In this document: piece after piece, positions 13,253 through 27,200 of the stretch
Layout: every line of letters starts with the position of its first letter
How positions within the stretch are numbered: position 1 is the stretch's first letter
Source of the DNA: Callorhinchus milii
Lineage: Eukaryota
Length of the DNA stretch: 64,000 bases
NCBI RefSeq assembly: GCF_018977255.1
Contig: NW_024704742.1
Coordinates: 47,122,001 to 47,186,000, forward strand
Direction: 5' to 3'
Notes under the pieces: model-generated
Told to the model about the DNA's origin: nothing
What the model saw: only the letters and a program-made list of their open reading frames with translations
Databases searched by the model: none
Made by a program: the position numbers and the translations under genes

Positions 13253-15318
13253 TTATCTTTTAAACCCATTGTGTCAAATCTAAGATAAACTAATAAGCAC
13301 ATGAGTTGACAAAGAATTGCATCAGTGTCTTTTAATTGAATCGAAAATCCAATTTATTAATGAATCACACTGAATAATTTGATTTTGTTTTATCAAATGC
13401 TTATGACACCAATTTATTGCTCTAGTAATTCTGCTAACATTATTCTTCAGTATGATAAGCACCAAGGTGAAGAATTGAAGGTAATCCTGAAATTCTCTCA
13501 GAGCTCAATGAGTAAACCTCTTGCATGGTACACAATCATTGTAACAGTTCAAACCCTGTGTTGAATTAGCTCATCTCAGATAGGGCAAACACGCCTATGA
13601 TCACTTTACCCTCCCCCTCCGCACTGTGCAGCACTCGGAGATGCTGTCCTGCCCGAAGCTGTATAAAAGAAAGTTATGGTGGTACACCATAACTCAGTTT
13701 AGTGGCTTTGTCAAGGGAGGAATGAAAGAAGTCAGGATTCCCATTCCTGATCATTATTTAGTCTGCGCCGCAGAAAAGTGAACTTTCCATAAAATTCCAC
13801 CTGAGTCTAGATTGACTATTAATGTAGATGGTTTTCCTTAGTTCTTAAAAAAACTTAAAAGAAAACAGGTTTCAAAATCCTTTAATCCACTTTACAATAT
13901 ATCCTGTGAAGCTCTTCAAGCTGTCTCAACAATGTGATAAGGTGCTATATCACATGCAAGGATTATTATTATTACTATACTAAAATGCTACATTAATAAT
14001 TTAAATCTAAACTAGAATGGAATTTTTACTACTACGTGGGAGCAGGATTGAGCCATTCCTTAGCCTGACAACAATGCTATTTTAGGCCACTTGGGTGTGT
14101 TGGGCTGTTTAATCCCTGTAGAACTGCACCCCAACATGTCAGCACTTTCCAAAGAGAGAGAAATTGAGGGGATAGAAATTGAGAAAAGAAACATGTTTGC
14201 CATTAAACTTATTCAAAAAAGATTGCCTCTTGGTTTAGTCTGACCTGCCATTATGAGCTGTCATGTGTGTGGNAAAAAACCTCTCTATTGCAATTGGTGT
14301 CATAATTGTTCCGAACCATCCCAGTTTTACTTCTGCCAGTAATCTCTACTAGTAAAATGTAACTTTTGGCCCTCCAGCAGTTGTTCTGGATAATCGCTTG
14401 TCAAAGCCATCTGTAAAATGTCTCTGAGATGGTTTAAACATGCGTCTTTTTCTGTAGAATCCGTGGCCCAACATATAGTGGTTCTGAAATATAAAAGCAT
14501 CAATAATAAATGTTTCTTTATACCCAAGCTTGTCAGTTTCTGATAATATATATTTTTAATCGGTAATTCCGATTTTCACCAAATCGTCTAATTGATTCCC
14601 ATTGGTAAACAACCATTTTTTTTAGTTAAGAGGAAGACTTTTTTTAAAGAAATTATAGAATATTTGTAAAATAGTGCTGGAGACTTAGACCGTGTGTAGT
14701 TGGGTTAAAGGTGAGCAGCAGAGGGAACGGTACAGATTTGCTGCAAACAATCCCCTTTAGTGAGTATACCGTAAAGTGCAGTGACTGTGTGATTTATGTG
14801 CGAACATGACAGCCAAGTTGTGATTAACAATGTCGCACAAACAGCCATGGAATGAATGACCAATTTTATTTGGGAGATTGTTGGCCAGGACACTGGAAGA
14901 AACTTCCTTCTCTTTTCGAAACGTGCCCTAGGATCTTCAACACCCACCTAAACAGGCCGAGAACAACAACTTGCATTTATATAGCATCCTTCACGCAGGA
15001 TAGCGGGCCCTCAGTTTATTATCTCTTCCAAAAGCCGGTACCTCCAACAATCCAGCACACCCTCAGCATAGTTTACAACATAGAGGAGGTTATTTGTTAC
15101 TGTGTTAGTGCTAACAACCCCACCCTTGCTAGAACAAACCATTCTTCTGCCCTTTCCTAAACCTATTTTGATATTTTTCTTCCAGGATAATTTGTGGTGT
15201 ATGTCTGGTCACATATAAAAGCATAACATGGACATAAACGTGTATGTGTTTAACTGTTCTAATTCTGTGATTTTTTTTAACAGTTTCTGTCTTCCAAAAT
15301 CTGAATAAAACTGCTCAG

Positions 15319-15350
15319 ATGGGGTGCAGATGCTGTAGAATGATAAAAAG
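15319..15350 (+). CDS. C4orf19: C4orf19/PGCKA1 (PDCD10 and GCKIII kinases associated 1) first coding exon; exon probably 15284-15350
   Basis: Reads ATG GGG TGC AGA TGC TGT AGA ATG ATA AAA AG|gtaaga = MGCRCCRMIK(S), matching the recalled human N-terminus MGCRCCKIIQSYLFDP. Acceptor ttttttttaacag ends at 15283; phase-2 donor at 15351. Confidence 0.93.
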
Positions 15351-15674
15351 GTAAGAACATTTAGCTTTTTGTAGCAGAGTGTATTTAGGATGCTGCTGAA
15401 CCTATTCTTTAAAGACAACATAATCAAAACTAACAACATCAGCATTTTGAAGGATTACTTATGCAGTTTTTGTTTCCTCGTCCAGTCTTCTTCCTTCTCC
15501 TCTGAAGATATTTGACTCTTTTTTCCTCTCTATTCTATTAGTTGTGCGGATGACTTGACTGAGAGTCTTGGGCCAGTGATCAAATATACACACAGGCTTG
15601 AACCAGGATTTGAGCAGAGAATTGTGACTTTTAAATATGTACGCACTGTGCTTATTTATTTCTCTTTGTTTCAG

Positions 15675-16638
15675 CTACATTTTTGGACCAGCTATTATAA
15701 GAGAAGTGCCTCCCAGCAGTATAAGAAATGAGAAAAAACAGAATGAAATTAAACGGGAGATCTCAACTCACAATAGCTGTCTCAACTCCAACAACTCTGT
15801 TATTTCAACTTTAGACAAAATAAAAAACTTGGCAGAAGAAACCAGTCAACAAAATGTGGGAATAATTGAAAAGGAAAGTAAGTTACCACAAGAGAAAAGC
15901 ACAACACGTGTACAAGAAGCAGTGAGAAAAGCTAATGATGAAACTGAAAGTGAAGGTAAATTTCCTCATCATAACGTATTAAAACGTCTGGATTCCCATG
16001 AAGTTTTACTTGAGGATAATAAAGGTAGAGCAACCAGTAGAGGTGATTTCTCCTCCACCAATAAAACGGATACAGCTAAAGATGACGTGGGAGCAGAGAC
16101 CAGTGATTGTACACTTAATGGTCTATCCATTGTACATTCTGCTAAAGTGGAAGATTTCCATGAATTTCATACAACCAACCAAGCAGATAAAGAAATGCCA
16201 GATAATGAAGTTGACATTGTAAATGTCAGAAATGTATCACATATGAAAAACGAATGTATGTTGGATACAATGGAAAAAGAGTTGAAAATAACCCGTTTAT
16301 CCAAAACTTTTAATGAAGACATAAATACCTTAAATGGATACAAAAAACTAGAAATTACTGAAACAGACAGTGGCAAAGATTATATGAAGCGGTACTTTGA
16401 AAGTAATGGTGAAATTATGCTACAAGTCTCAAGCCTAACAAACTCTGAGTCCAGTAATGCAATCTGTTCTCCAGGTAGTGACAGAATAAGAAACGTTAAC
16501 ACAGAATTCATCAAAGACCTGGTGGAAGAAAGGAAACAAACTACAGAGGAGGAGGAGGAGGATCCAGAGGTGGCAGCTGCTCTTGCAGCATTAGAGGCAG
16601 CAACGGCAGGAGAGGATTTTCTAGATGATTGGAGCTAA
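15675..16638 (+). CDS. C4orf19: C4orf19/PGCKA1 terminal coding exon (spliced protein 331 aa)
   Basis: Acceptor tctctttgtttcag|C completes Ser, then YIFGP. Open frame to TAA at 16638. C-terminal EEEDPEVAAALAALEAATAGED matches recalled human DAAVAEALAALEAATAGED. Tail-to-tail with RELL1 as in human. Confidence 0.93.
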
Positions 16639-18050
16639 ATACATAGATGTTTATCATCAGCAGCTTAAAATAAGTCACATGGTTGCAACAATCTTGGTGT
16701 ACAGATGACAAAATCACAAGCATCGTCTGAAACATAATTATGTTGTGTATCGGTGATTTATTCCAAGCTCCTTTATTTATAACATATACAGTCTTTTCAG
16801 ATTAGTTCCTTTGCCTACATTTGCAGGTTCTGCTGTCGGGATAGGGCATCATGTGCACATCCCACATTTCAGCATTCAAATGTATTTTATCTGCAAACAT
16901 ATCTTTTGCAAAATAACAAAACAAAGTTGTCATCATGTGACAATTGAGCTAATACGTTTTGAGAATGTGCCCAAGAATAATGTGTTAAATGCTTTTGCCT
17001 ATATGTGAAGAAAATGAGTGATTGCTTTAACTCGTCAAATGTTGGCACTAGTTCTTTGGTGAGAAGTGTCAGTACAGTTTTGAATTCAACAGTTCTCAAT
17101 TCCAAAACAACATGCAATTTCTTTTAAGGTAAACTGGAGTTGGCATCTTACAATGTCCTAGCTTAAGATAATTCATGGGGAATTATTATATATTTTTCAC
17201 AGACCTCAGTCCTGCGTGGAAAAATATTATTAGAATGATGTATTCTAATAATAACGATGGACAGAAGCATAGACATTTGCATTTAATAACAAGTTGCATT
17301 TATATAGCATCCTTCACACTCCATAGTTTCAAGCATAATGGCTGAAAGCAAGGACACCGATGATGGAGCGGAGAGAACGAAGGACGTGCAGGAAGCCGGA
17401 GCCAACTGCGTGAAGGCAGTAGGTAGTGGAGTGGGGTATAGGAGGAGGGCATTAGAATAATCAAGGCAGGAGGTGACAAATGGGTGGATAAGGGTTTTGG
17501 CTTCATCGAGGGTGAAGGAAGGGTGGAAATGGAAGAAGCAGTTTTGATCAGGGACTAGATCAGGGATAGGAAGCACAGGTGGAGATCAAACCTGCCCTTA
17601 GGTTGCTCCCAGGATCAGTAAGTCTGAGGGATAAAATGGGGAGATTAAGGAGGTCGAACCCACAGATGAGAAGACATTGACGGGAGCCAGGGAGTATGTC
17701 TTCAGTCTGGTCAACATTCAGTTGCACAAAGTTGGATGCCAGTGAGAGAAAGATGATTTTAAAGATATTACTCCTGTAAAGAAGAAAGCACACATTGGCA
17801 TACATATTGACTGTGAATGAAGCACTACCATATTATTCTGTTCCCAGAAAATGTGGCAGGTTCAGCACTCTGTTAACAAGTCCAATGGCTCTGAAGGGCT
17901 TGGAAAATTTATGTACATAATGTATTATACTCAACATTGTATATAATGACATGTATAAAATGTATATCTGCAATTGATAAATGTAAAGCTTTTAAGATGA
18001 GATTCATGTAGGTCAGCTAATAAATGAGATGAAAAAGAGAAAACACACTA
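16639..18050 (+). other. C4orf19: Probable C4orf19 3'UTR; AATAAA at 18019-18024
   Basis: AT-rich sequence after the stop codon with a canonical AATAAA at 18019. The true cleavage site cannot be determined from sequence alone. Confidence 0.5.
17285..17760 (-). mobile_element. L2 fragment inside the presumed C4orf19 3'UTR
   Basis: AKTLIHPFVTSCLDYSNALL and NFVQLNVDQTE; tail at 17285. Confidence 0.8.
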
Positions 18051-18324
18051 CTTTCTATTTATAATTCTGTGCTAATGTCATTTAATAATGAAAACATGAG
18101 ATGACAATTTATTTCTGTGCTTTTTGTCTGTAATGAAATATTTTAACCAAAAATGTAACTGCTGTATTGTACNAAAAAATCTTCCAGTATAAAAAGTAAT
18201 GTTTTTAAACACTGAAACTTGAACAATTGTTTACTGGATACCACTTGTTTCCATTATTTAAACACCTTGATTCGTAACTATATTCTTGAACTCTGAGCCA
18301 TTACTAGCTAGATTAAATCTGGTA

Positions 18325-18845
18325 TAACAACAACAACTTGCACTTATATAGCTCCCTCCACACAGAGTGGTGTCTCAGAGTGTTTAATAGTGGCGGAGCC
18401 CGTCTCTGAGCCGGGGGGGGGTGGGGGGGTGGCTGTAAGCACGATTGAAGAGCAAAGTTTTCAGGCGGGACCTGAAAGAGGGGAGAGAGGGGGCAAGGCA
18501 GAGGGATTGAGGGAGAGTGTTCCAGAGTTTGGGGGTATAGTGGCTGAAAGCAGATCCTACAATGGTAGGGCTGAGGGTGTGAGGGACGAGCAGGAGGCTG
18601 GTGCCAGTTGAGCGGAGGCGCCAGGTGGTGGATTGGGGAGCGAGGAGGTCAGAGAGGTAGGAAGATGCCAGGGAGTGAATGGATTTGAGCCTGGCCAGTG
18701 GAGCCTGGCCAGAACTGGTAAGATGTGGACACGGAGTTTGGTTCGGGTCAGTATGGAGGCGGCAGAGTTTTGAATGAAATGGATCTTGTGAATGGTGGAG
18801 CTGGGGAGACCGGCGAGAAGTGCGTTGGAGTAATCCAAGCGATCA
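18325..18845 (-). mobile_element. L2 3' fragment
   Basis: RLDYSNALLAGLP...IQNSAASIL...LARLHW; (AAC)n tail on +. Confidence 0.88.
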
Positions 18846-19375
18846 CTCCAACGCAGTATAAGCTTGCTTTTACTGATGTTTGTGTTTATTTTACACACAG
18901 GCAGTTCTAATTTTCAGAAAATTTGTTAACCGGGGGCAGGGAAAGGTGCTGTAGATTAGAATGGTTATCAATCACCAAAATATAAGATTCTCACTCCCTA
19001 GATTTGAGCTCAACTATTTGAGAATTGGACACTTTTTTAAAAAAAACACAATTTAAAAACTCTTTTACTATCTTTTTCTGACATTGCCCAGCTACAAATT
19101 GCAGTTTTGCTTTCATGTCAATTTATACCTGGTTAATCACAAGATGTTGGGATGGGCATGCCCCTTTGAACTCGTCCTTCCACAATATCTCCGCATCCTC
19201 CCATTAAAGCATCAGTTTCTCAAATGTGCCCTCAGTCACCCACCTGGCAACCCGTTTGTTAATTACTTTGTGTAAAGAACTACTTCCTGTTACTTGTCCT
19301 TTGTAATTGTGCCCTCTTGTTCCACTGTTTTAGCACATCTTATTGCTCTGGGTTATCATCCTTGATGTGAGGGCT

Positions 19376-21449
19376 TTGAACTGCATTGTTTTATCCTCCT
19401 GGGGGGGGTGGGGGGAAAGCATGGTCGCTTTGGAGCTGAACTAGCTCCAAGATGACATGTTTGGCAATGGAATATTGAAATCGAGCCCTCTGTGGCGGTT
19501 TCAGTAGTTCCTAAGCCAGCCTTGTCCATCGGCAGGATTTGGCAGGGCAAACCAGTCACTGAGGGCAGAGAATCCTGCCACTCTGCTCCTGTTAACACTG
19601 CAAGCAACCAGGTAGGGTGGTCAACATCTACATGCTCCTCCTTGGACATTCGTAGACATGGAGCCTACTTCCACATGTATGCCGATGACACCCAACTCTA
19701 CCTCTTCACCTCCACTCGCGACTCTAGGACCACTGCTGTCCTCATAGACTACCTGTCGGACATCAAGTCCTGGATGAGAGCTAACTTTCTTCAGTTGAAT
19801 GTCAACAAGACCGAGACCCTCCTGCTTAGCTCCCGTCAGCATCTCCATACCTCGGGCGCTGACAGCATCATCCTTCATGGATGCACTCTACATCTCATGG
19901 AGCCATTACCGAACCTCAGCAGATTGTTCGACCCTCAACTGTCTTTCATACCTCACATTCATGCTATGACCCACTCCACTTTTCCCCACCTCTGCAATTT
20001 TGCTCGCCTCAGCCACTGTCTCTCACCACAGGGCATCAAGACCCTCATCCACATGTTCCTCACATCCAGGCTCGACTATGCAAATTCCCTGCTTGTCACC
20101 CCCCCAACTCATCCCTCCACAAGTTGCAGATCATCCAGAAGTCTGCAGCCCATGTCCTCTCCCACACTGGGCTCCGCAACCCTATCACCCCCATCCTTGC
20201 CCGACTCCACTGGCTTCCCATCACACAGAGGATACAGTTCAAGATCCTGATCCTCACACTCAAAGCCCTCCACGACCTTTCTCCCCTCTACCTCTGTGAT
20301 CTCCTAACCCCCTATCAACCTTCAGCCTCTCTGCCCCACCCCCTGCAACTCCATCCCACAGTCCCTCCATCTCATCCCCTCCCTTGCATCCTTCAAGACC
20401 CATCTCGAGACCTTCCTCTTCAACTGTGCCTTTGGTTACCCTCTGACCACTACCCTCCCTGCCCTCCATCCCTGCAGATCCCAACCACCAGCTCTGGTGC
20501 AAATCCCTAACTTTTGCACATTGGGATGTCCTCCTGATATGAAAGGCACTATACAAATGTGATTTGTTGTTATTGTTACTATTGTTGGTTAGTGTTGGTC
20601 AGAACTTTGCAGTTCGTATACTGTCCCGCACCAGGCTTCGCAACTACATCACTCCCACCCTCGCTCACCTCCACTGCCTCCCCATCCCCCAGAGGATCGA
20701 ATTCAAGATCCTCATCCTCACCTACAAGGCCATTCACGGCCTTGCACCCTCCTACCTCTCCGACCTACTATCCCCCTACCTACCTGCTCGTTCCTCTGGC
20801 TCCGGTCTGCTCCACATCCCCTGCCCTAACTGCCCTACCATCGGCGGCCGGGCTTTCAGCCTCTCAGCCCCTAGGCTCTGGAACTCCATCCCCCAGTGCC
20901 TTCACCTTGCCTCCTCTCTTTCCTCCTTCAAGTCCGGTCTCAAGACCTTTCTCTTCAACCATGCCTTCAGCTCCCTTCTTGACTCTCTACCCCCTCCTCG
21001 CTCCCTCCACTCACCCTGACTATTTGCCCCCTGCTCGGGTCCCGACCCAACTGTCCATCGCCTTGGGACGTCGTCCCGACATGAAAGGCGCTCTATAAAT
21101 GCAATCTTCTTGTTGTTGTTGTAGCTGGACAAGCAGCGGGAAAGCTTGCCAGACAGTGCTATCAATGGCAAGCTACTCAGTTTTAGCTGATTACACTCCA
21201 GCAGTGCCCCAGGACATATTCTGGGGACCCCAGGCCTTGGCTCTTGCCAACCTGTGCCTAATGCTTTCCAGAATTAGGTGAGCAGTATGTGTCTCTCCAG
21301 GGAGAGAATGCATATTCCATTCCAACAATCTATCTCTGGGATTTCCATGTGTAGGTGGGATGCATGGAAATCTCAGCTTGGTTTGGACAATCTTAAGCAT
21401 GGTGATGGGTTTACCCATGTGTCAGACACCTGGCTGACCCCCCAAAAAA
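19376..21449 (+). mobile_element. Family X copy split by two tandem L2 pieces (19623-21121)
   Basis: ggtagggtggtc (to 19622) resumes as tagctggacaagcag (21122); this junction is contiguous in other copies. Confidence 0.8.
19623..21121 (+). mobile_element. Two tandem L2 fragments (19623-20575 with the YADD RT motif; ~20600-21121)
   Basis: FHMYADDTQLYL...WMRANFLQLNVNKTE. Each piece ends in its own hairpin plus (TTG)n tail. Confidence 0.92.
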
Positions 21450-24243
21450 TATTGTTCTGGGTAACTATCAATCTCATTTAAAATCTAATACACCAGTAGG
21501 TCTGCTCTGAGACATCTCTCTTCAAGATTGAAGAGCCTTATCTCATCAATGCTCATAGGTCATTCCTTGAACACTGATGATCAGCCTCACTGTTATCTAC
21601 ATTGCCTCTGGGGACAGAACTATGCATTACTTTAAGGTGTGGCCTGTTCAGAGCACTCTATATCTCAAGTATAAAATCTAGTGATCTAAACTCAAGTTTA
21701 TTTGACAATATATTTGGCAGCATCTAGTTTTCATTGTTTCTTGTTGCCTTATACTGTTTAGATATGATTCAACTGATATCCCTTGGTCTCTTTCAGCATC
21801 TCCATTAGCAATTTGATACGGTTCTGACACCCCTATATGAACACCCATGATATGGCTCCCTCTCTCTCGCAGAGGGTACTGGGTGGCCTTTGTGTTCAAT
21901 CCTCACAAATGAATGCAAGTCCCTATAAGTAGGTGTAAATTGAATAATGAGTTTTTCCACATCAATCAATCAGAGGTTTATTTTACACCTCTGTGACCGA
22001 GGCTGAACTGGTTTGTGTATTCCCTCCTTCTTCGATTTATACAGAAAGCTTGAGAAAATGCAGTTAAGTAAACTCAATGGAATTTTATTCTAGCTTTGAT
22101 GAAATCCACAACCCTCTGCATTAAATCTTAAATGACACGATAAATATCCACAAACAACTATGAGGCAACACATTTAACCACACTATACATGCTAGCAACC
22201 ACTTGTAATGAATTTAATGTGAAGTGTGTGAAGAACCAACTTCTGGTGACTCTTCATCAAGTCAGAGCAAGTACCTTTGTCTCCATCAAATAGAAAAATA
22301 GCGACCCTGAGGACATGGCGCTCGTTCTTCTATGGGCATTGAGCCCCTCCTCAACTTAAGGTATCCAATGGTAATTGTATTGCACCAATTACTTGAAGTA
22401 ATTTGTGCCTTTGTTATGGTCCAATAGGGGTCAAGTACACTTCCAAACATATATTTGCCTATTAGAATGCTAAGTTACCCCGACAAATTGTTGCAACCGA
22501 TGCCTTTGGAGACCTGATCAACATAAGTATAAAAACGTTAAATATATAAAAAAGTATTTAAAAGTCTACTCAATATATTTATAAAGCACATGCACCAGCT
22601 CTACCGAACTTTGGCACTTTCCAAGTTTCCCCAAGCACAATCGGTAATTACACTGGCTAATGCTTTTAGCAAACACAAACTTTACAGAACATATTTTAAA
22701 CAGACAGGCATAGAAAACAAAGGGGTAACCGTGACAAACTGATCCATAGAGTATCTACATTTCTTATTCTTCTTCTAATACCATTTATCAGTATCGGACT
22801 TCATTTGTCGGTCATCATCACGTGAAATTCCCATCAAGCTCTGTGTAATACCATTGCCGCCGCCTCCGTTTCTAGTTTCCCCCAATTTGATGTCATCTTC
22901 AAATTAGCTACCTCACACAGGGTTTGCAGATCCGATGTAATCAGATTTGATAAACCTGTCTGCCTGTTCAGGTGGATGTTAAAGATCCCATGGCACTATT
23001 CAAACATCCAGGTGTCCTGGCTAATAATCCCCCAAATAAAATCATTGATTCATTTCATAACTGTTTGTTAGGACACTGTTGCGTTCAAATTGGCTGCGCA
23101 TTCACCCAGAAAATACATGCTTCACTTTTCAGTATATACTTTGAAACGTTTGGACATCCGCCTGATATGAAGTGTTACACCAAATCCAAGGATGATTATT
23201 ATTTATTATATTGCTGTATGGCTAGAAACAGCAATTGAACATGGTCACCTTTATGAAAAGCAAAACACTAGCATCTTCCCATTAGTGACACCCCTTTTAA
23301 TGCTATGTGGATTGCACGGTTTTCTCCTCTAGTCTGTGAACTTTATTTCCACAGCACAAGCTACCTCAAGAACCTCACCTTATTCGACCATGCCCATTTT
23401 CCCCCCAAAATATCTTCATGGCCTAATTATCAACATTAAAACAATGAAGCTAGTCAGTCAAAATAGCTAAAATACTTAAAAAAATAGTTATTGTACATTT
23501 TTCATTAGAGCTTTTAAAGGGTAGGTTGTTGATTGATCAGTAGCTAGAGACCAAGGAAGGGTTAAGTAAGGGCTTGTTAAGGGGATGATGACAATAGTTT
23601 TGAAAGAGGGAATCAGACCCAGATGGAAAGAGATAAGCAGATGCATTTGGATCACCCTAATGCATGCGCCAAATGGTCCCTTCTGTGCTGAAAATTTCTG
23701 TTTCTATATATAAGATGGCATTAGTGACGAAGCATAACATCTGGTAAAGAAGCAGAGGATTGGGGCATTAGGATTAGGCCAAGAGATCAATGGAGAAAAA
23801 TGATAGGAATTATGGGGTGCTTTCTAAGGAGGAAATGGCCAGAGTGGGCCAAGGAAAAGGCACTGAGGTGTAGTAGTGATGGTAAAAGTATGGGGATGGT
23901 AGCCAGACAGACCAAAGTACAATTGATCAATAAGGGTGAAAAATATATTTTTTAAAAATCACGACAAAAATTATCAAAAGTTCCTAAAAGGTGGCCAGCG
24001 AACCAGACTGCAAAACCTTTTCATCTGGAATGTGCACATCCCAGCTGCCAGTGATATCCCAGTTAGGCAGATTGATAAATTAGGTAAGTGGATGTCTCTG
24101 AATAGAATTGTAAACTCTGGTTAACTTGCTCTTGCTAAGTACTTAAACATTGTCTTAACTGTATGTGCTCAAAAATTTCTAGGGATACTTCTATTCGAAC
24201 TTCCAAAGAAAGTAAGATTACAGAAGTGCTTAGGTTTGTAGAT

Positions 24244-27200
24244 TTTATTCCAAAAGAAATTCCATGGATTTTATTCATAAACATTATTATTATTATAATA
24301 AACATCACTGCCTATTATTAAGTTTTATAAGCATTCTAAAAGGACAAAACCCCTTTAGTCAATCTAAAGTGACAGTTCACTAGTATAATCATATCTATAT
24401 ATGCCTCTGTAGTTTTAAGTGCACATTTACATTTTGAAAGTTCTGATTTCTAAAAAGTACATCACTGTAGTTTATCCTAAACATTTTTTATTCCAGTTAG
24501 TGTTTTCTAAAGTTAGTTTTTTTAAAAAAACATTGTTCTAATTTTCAAAAATGTTTAAGTATAAAAAGACTTTTCATACACATGCCAAAGACCTTCAAAA
24601 TTTGTGTACAACAAAAAATATTGTAAAGCTGACGTTGGCAAAGCATACAGTGGGTTTCTAATTATACAAAAGCAGACACTAGCAAACAATTAACTTCAAA
24701 TATAGCAATGTACAAACTAAGTATGAAGGAACAAAATTTACAATTATGTTAATGGTTTGCATATAAAATCTTAGAATATGAACATATAAACACTGTACTA
24801 GCACATACTAATCATATCTCAGGAATGTCAGTTCAAGCAGCACGTTATATTTAAATATTCCATATTGCACAGAAAAACTAGACTGCATTGTTTCTTAAAG
24901 GCAAATTTAAAAGATGCACACCTATGTAGTTGTATCAAGTTTGTCATTGCTACTCACAGGAACTAAATTTGGTGTCCTAAAAAACAAGAATTTAAGTTAA
25001 AAATACTTGTGGTAAGAAACCATAAGTTTCTTCTGTTTAACCAGCTCACATAAATGTGTACAAGTTGGTTTTGCCATTTGAGCAGGATAACCAGGTGGGC
25101 ATGTAATTACAGTGCAAATATTTTTAAACTGGACATCTTCAAAGTGAAAGATGTGAGCAAAAATAAAACCATGCAGGATCATAAGGAGTAAATATAAACA
25201 AATTGCCAGTTTGACACATTGATGAAACAATGCACCACAGCAGTGAACCCCATCTTTTTATTCCTCATATCCCTTCATATTGCACATAAATACAAAAAAG
25301 TTCCTATAAATATTTTACTGTGCCTAAACAATGTAAACTATTTACAGTGGTCTGTAGCAGAAATAAGCACTAAGATGCAGACCAAGGATAGGATATTGTT
25401 GCAGGATACCAATATTTAGGATAAAACAAAATTAAGACACCTGGCAACATGTTAATTGAGGCAAAATGTTGTGAACTGATGAAAGTTGTGCACATAATAT
25501 CAGCTCAGATTTCAGAAATGATGCCCTGTAATCAATTATACTAGGCAATGATGTTTATGTAGTAAAGCTGATGCATTTTACTCAAACCAAACCATGGCCA
25601 TCTTTGATGCTGACCTCTTTAGAGATGGTCTAAAATAGTTGATAAAATGTTTTAATTTGACAGATTGACAAATTAAAATTAGAAACATCTTATCTTGAAA
25701 TGTTTCCCTGCTTGTCATAATATTTGATTTTTTTGCCAGATGCAAGAATTTTCTTAAGGCAGCTTTGAAATACTTTAACACAGGATTAACACAGATTTGT
25801 TTAGAACTCCGCTGCTTTTGACTAATATAAAAGTATTCATAGCAATCAATTCATAGAACAGAGAACATGCGATTCATTTTGGGATGGTTTCTTGCAATTT
25901 TTGTTAACTTGATGTTCTTTAGAACGGAACGAGGCAAGGCAATAGTTAAATTATATTTTCTCATGATAACTTGTAAACTAGTCATATTTTCCTTTTCATC
26001 CCAAGGATATATTTTCTCCTTAATATTAACCACATACATTAAAATAAATCAAGTACTGGGTTCTAAAATTTAGTTACTCTGATTAACCTCCTGCAAAGTA
26101 TGAAACTATCATTCTCCAAGGTTTATCGTCATTGTTATTTAAAGATAAACCTTTGTTAGATATGCAAATATTTTACAGCCACAATTCTGATCTGTGCCAC
26201 AAAGTAACATGTTCAGAAGTATAAAGCATTCATGAAAACAAATTCTTGCCAAGATGTAAACTTTGATTATGGAACAATTGTAAAAAACTATGTTACTCAA
26301 TGATAGCAAAATATCCTGCTGGTGATTAGGCAATGGAACCTTCTCTAAACTGGGTAGATTTACCTTTGATTGAACTTTATGAAGTTCAGGCGATTCACAT
26401 TTCTTCAAAACTGAAGTGACAGTTGCATTAAACACAGGAAAGGATGTTGCATTATGAAAATATTTGTGTGAAAGGAATTTCATAATCTTTGAAGGGAAAG
26501 CAAAGTCAAGGGGAGCACTTTCTGTTAAAAATAAATTGAGTAAAGTAAATTTCACATGCATATGAAAAATGCTTGCGAAAATAGGATACCTTTAATTCCC
26601 AAATCTTCACGTTTTGAGGAATTCCAGATTCAGCTCCTGTTCAACTAAAGTGTTTCAATGACAAATGATAAAAACGATCAAGCATACACACAATGTATAT
26701 TTACTTTAATGGAGAACGCACTCTGGATCAGCCTTAATTGATCAATAGTCACTTAGCTAGTATTATGTTATCCTTGTATTAGGTGACTTTGAATTGGATA
26801 ACCTCTAAGGCCAGTCAACCATCTGTCCCTCTGAGCATTACGAAGATCCATGCAACTTCTTAGCAGTCAATTACTTCCAATTCAGCAGATTAGCTTGGAA
26901 ATTGGAAGGAAGATGTTGAACCACAAGGATATGCAATTAAAAGCATTATGCATTTTTGTTTAGAATTTTCTACAGTAGCCAGGAGTAATTTGTATCCCGC
27001 AGACTTTCCTGCCATGAATTTAATCAGTTATACTTATAGGTCAATATTTTGGTACTTTCTGCAACAGTTTAATATCATACAACCACATGTTTAAGTTAAT
27101 AGAAAGACACACTTAATTTTATGAATTTAGATGCAAAAGATCTAAACCCATAATACAATTTCATCTATGAACCTTACTATATTTAGGAAATGTTTTATCC

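Noticed and set aside
15637..15674. ORF-track start MYALCLFISLCFS as a signal peptide
   Set aside because: It is the intron polypyrimidine tract. The conserved start is MGCRCC at 15319.
12379..18173. Single N bases at 12379, 14273 and 18173
   Set aside because: Ambiguous calls next to homopolymer runs; assembly artefacts.
19492..20510. RT-like ORFs as a functional reverse transcriptase
   Set aside because: Truncated, frameshifted L2 ORF2 remnants. The same applies to 9636-10300, 31243-31974, 57687-58514 and the CR1 at 50446-51165.
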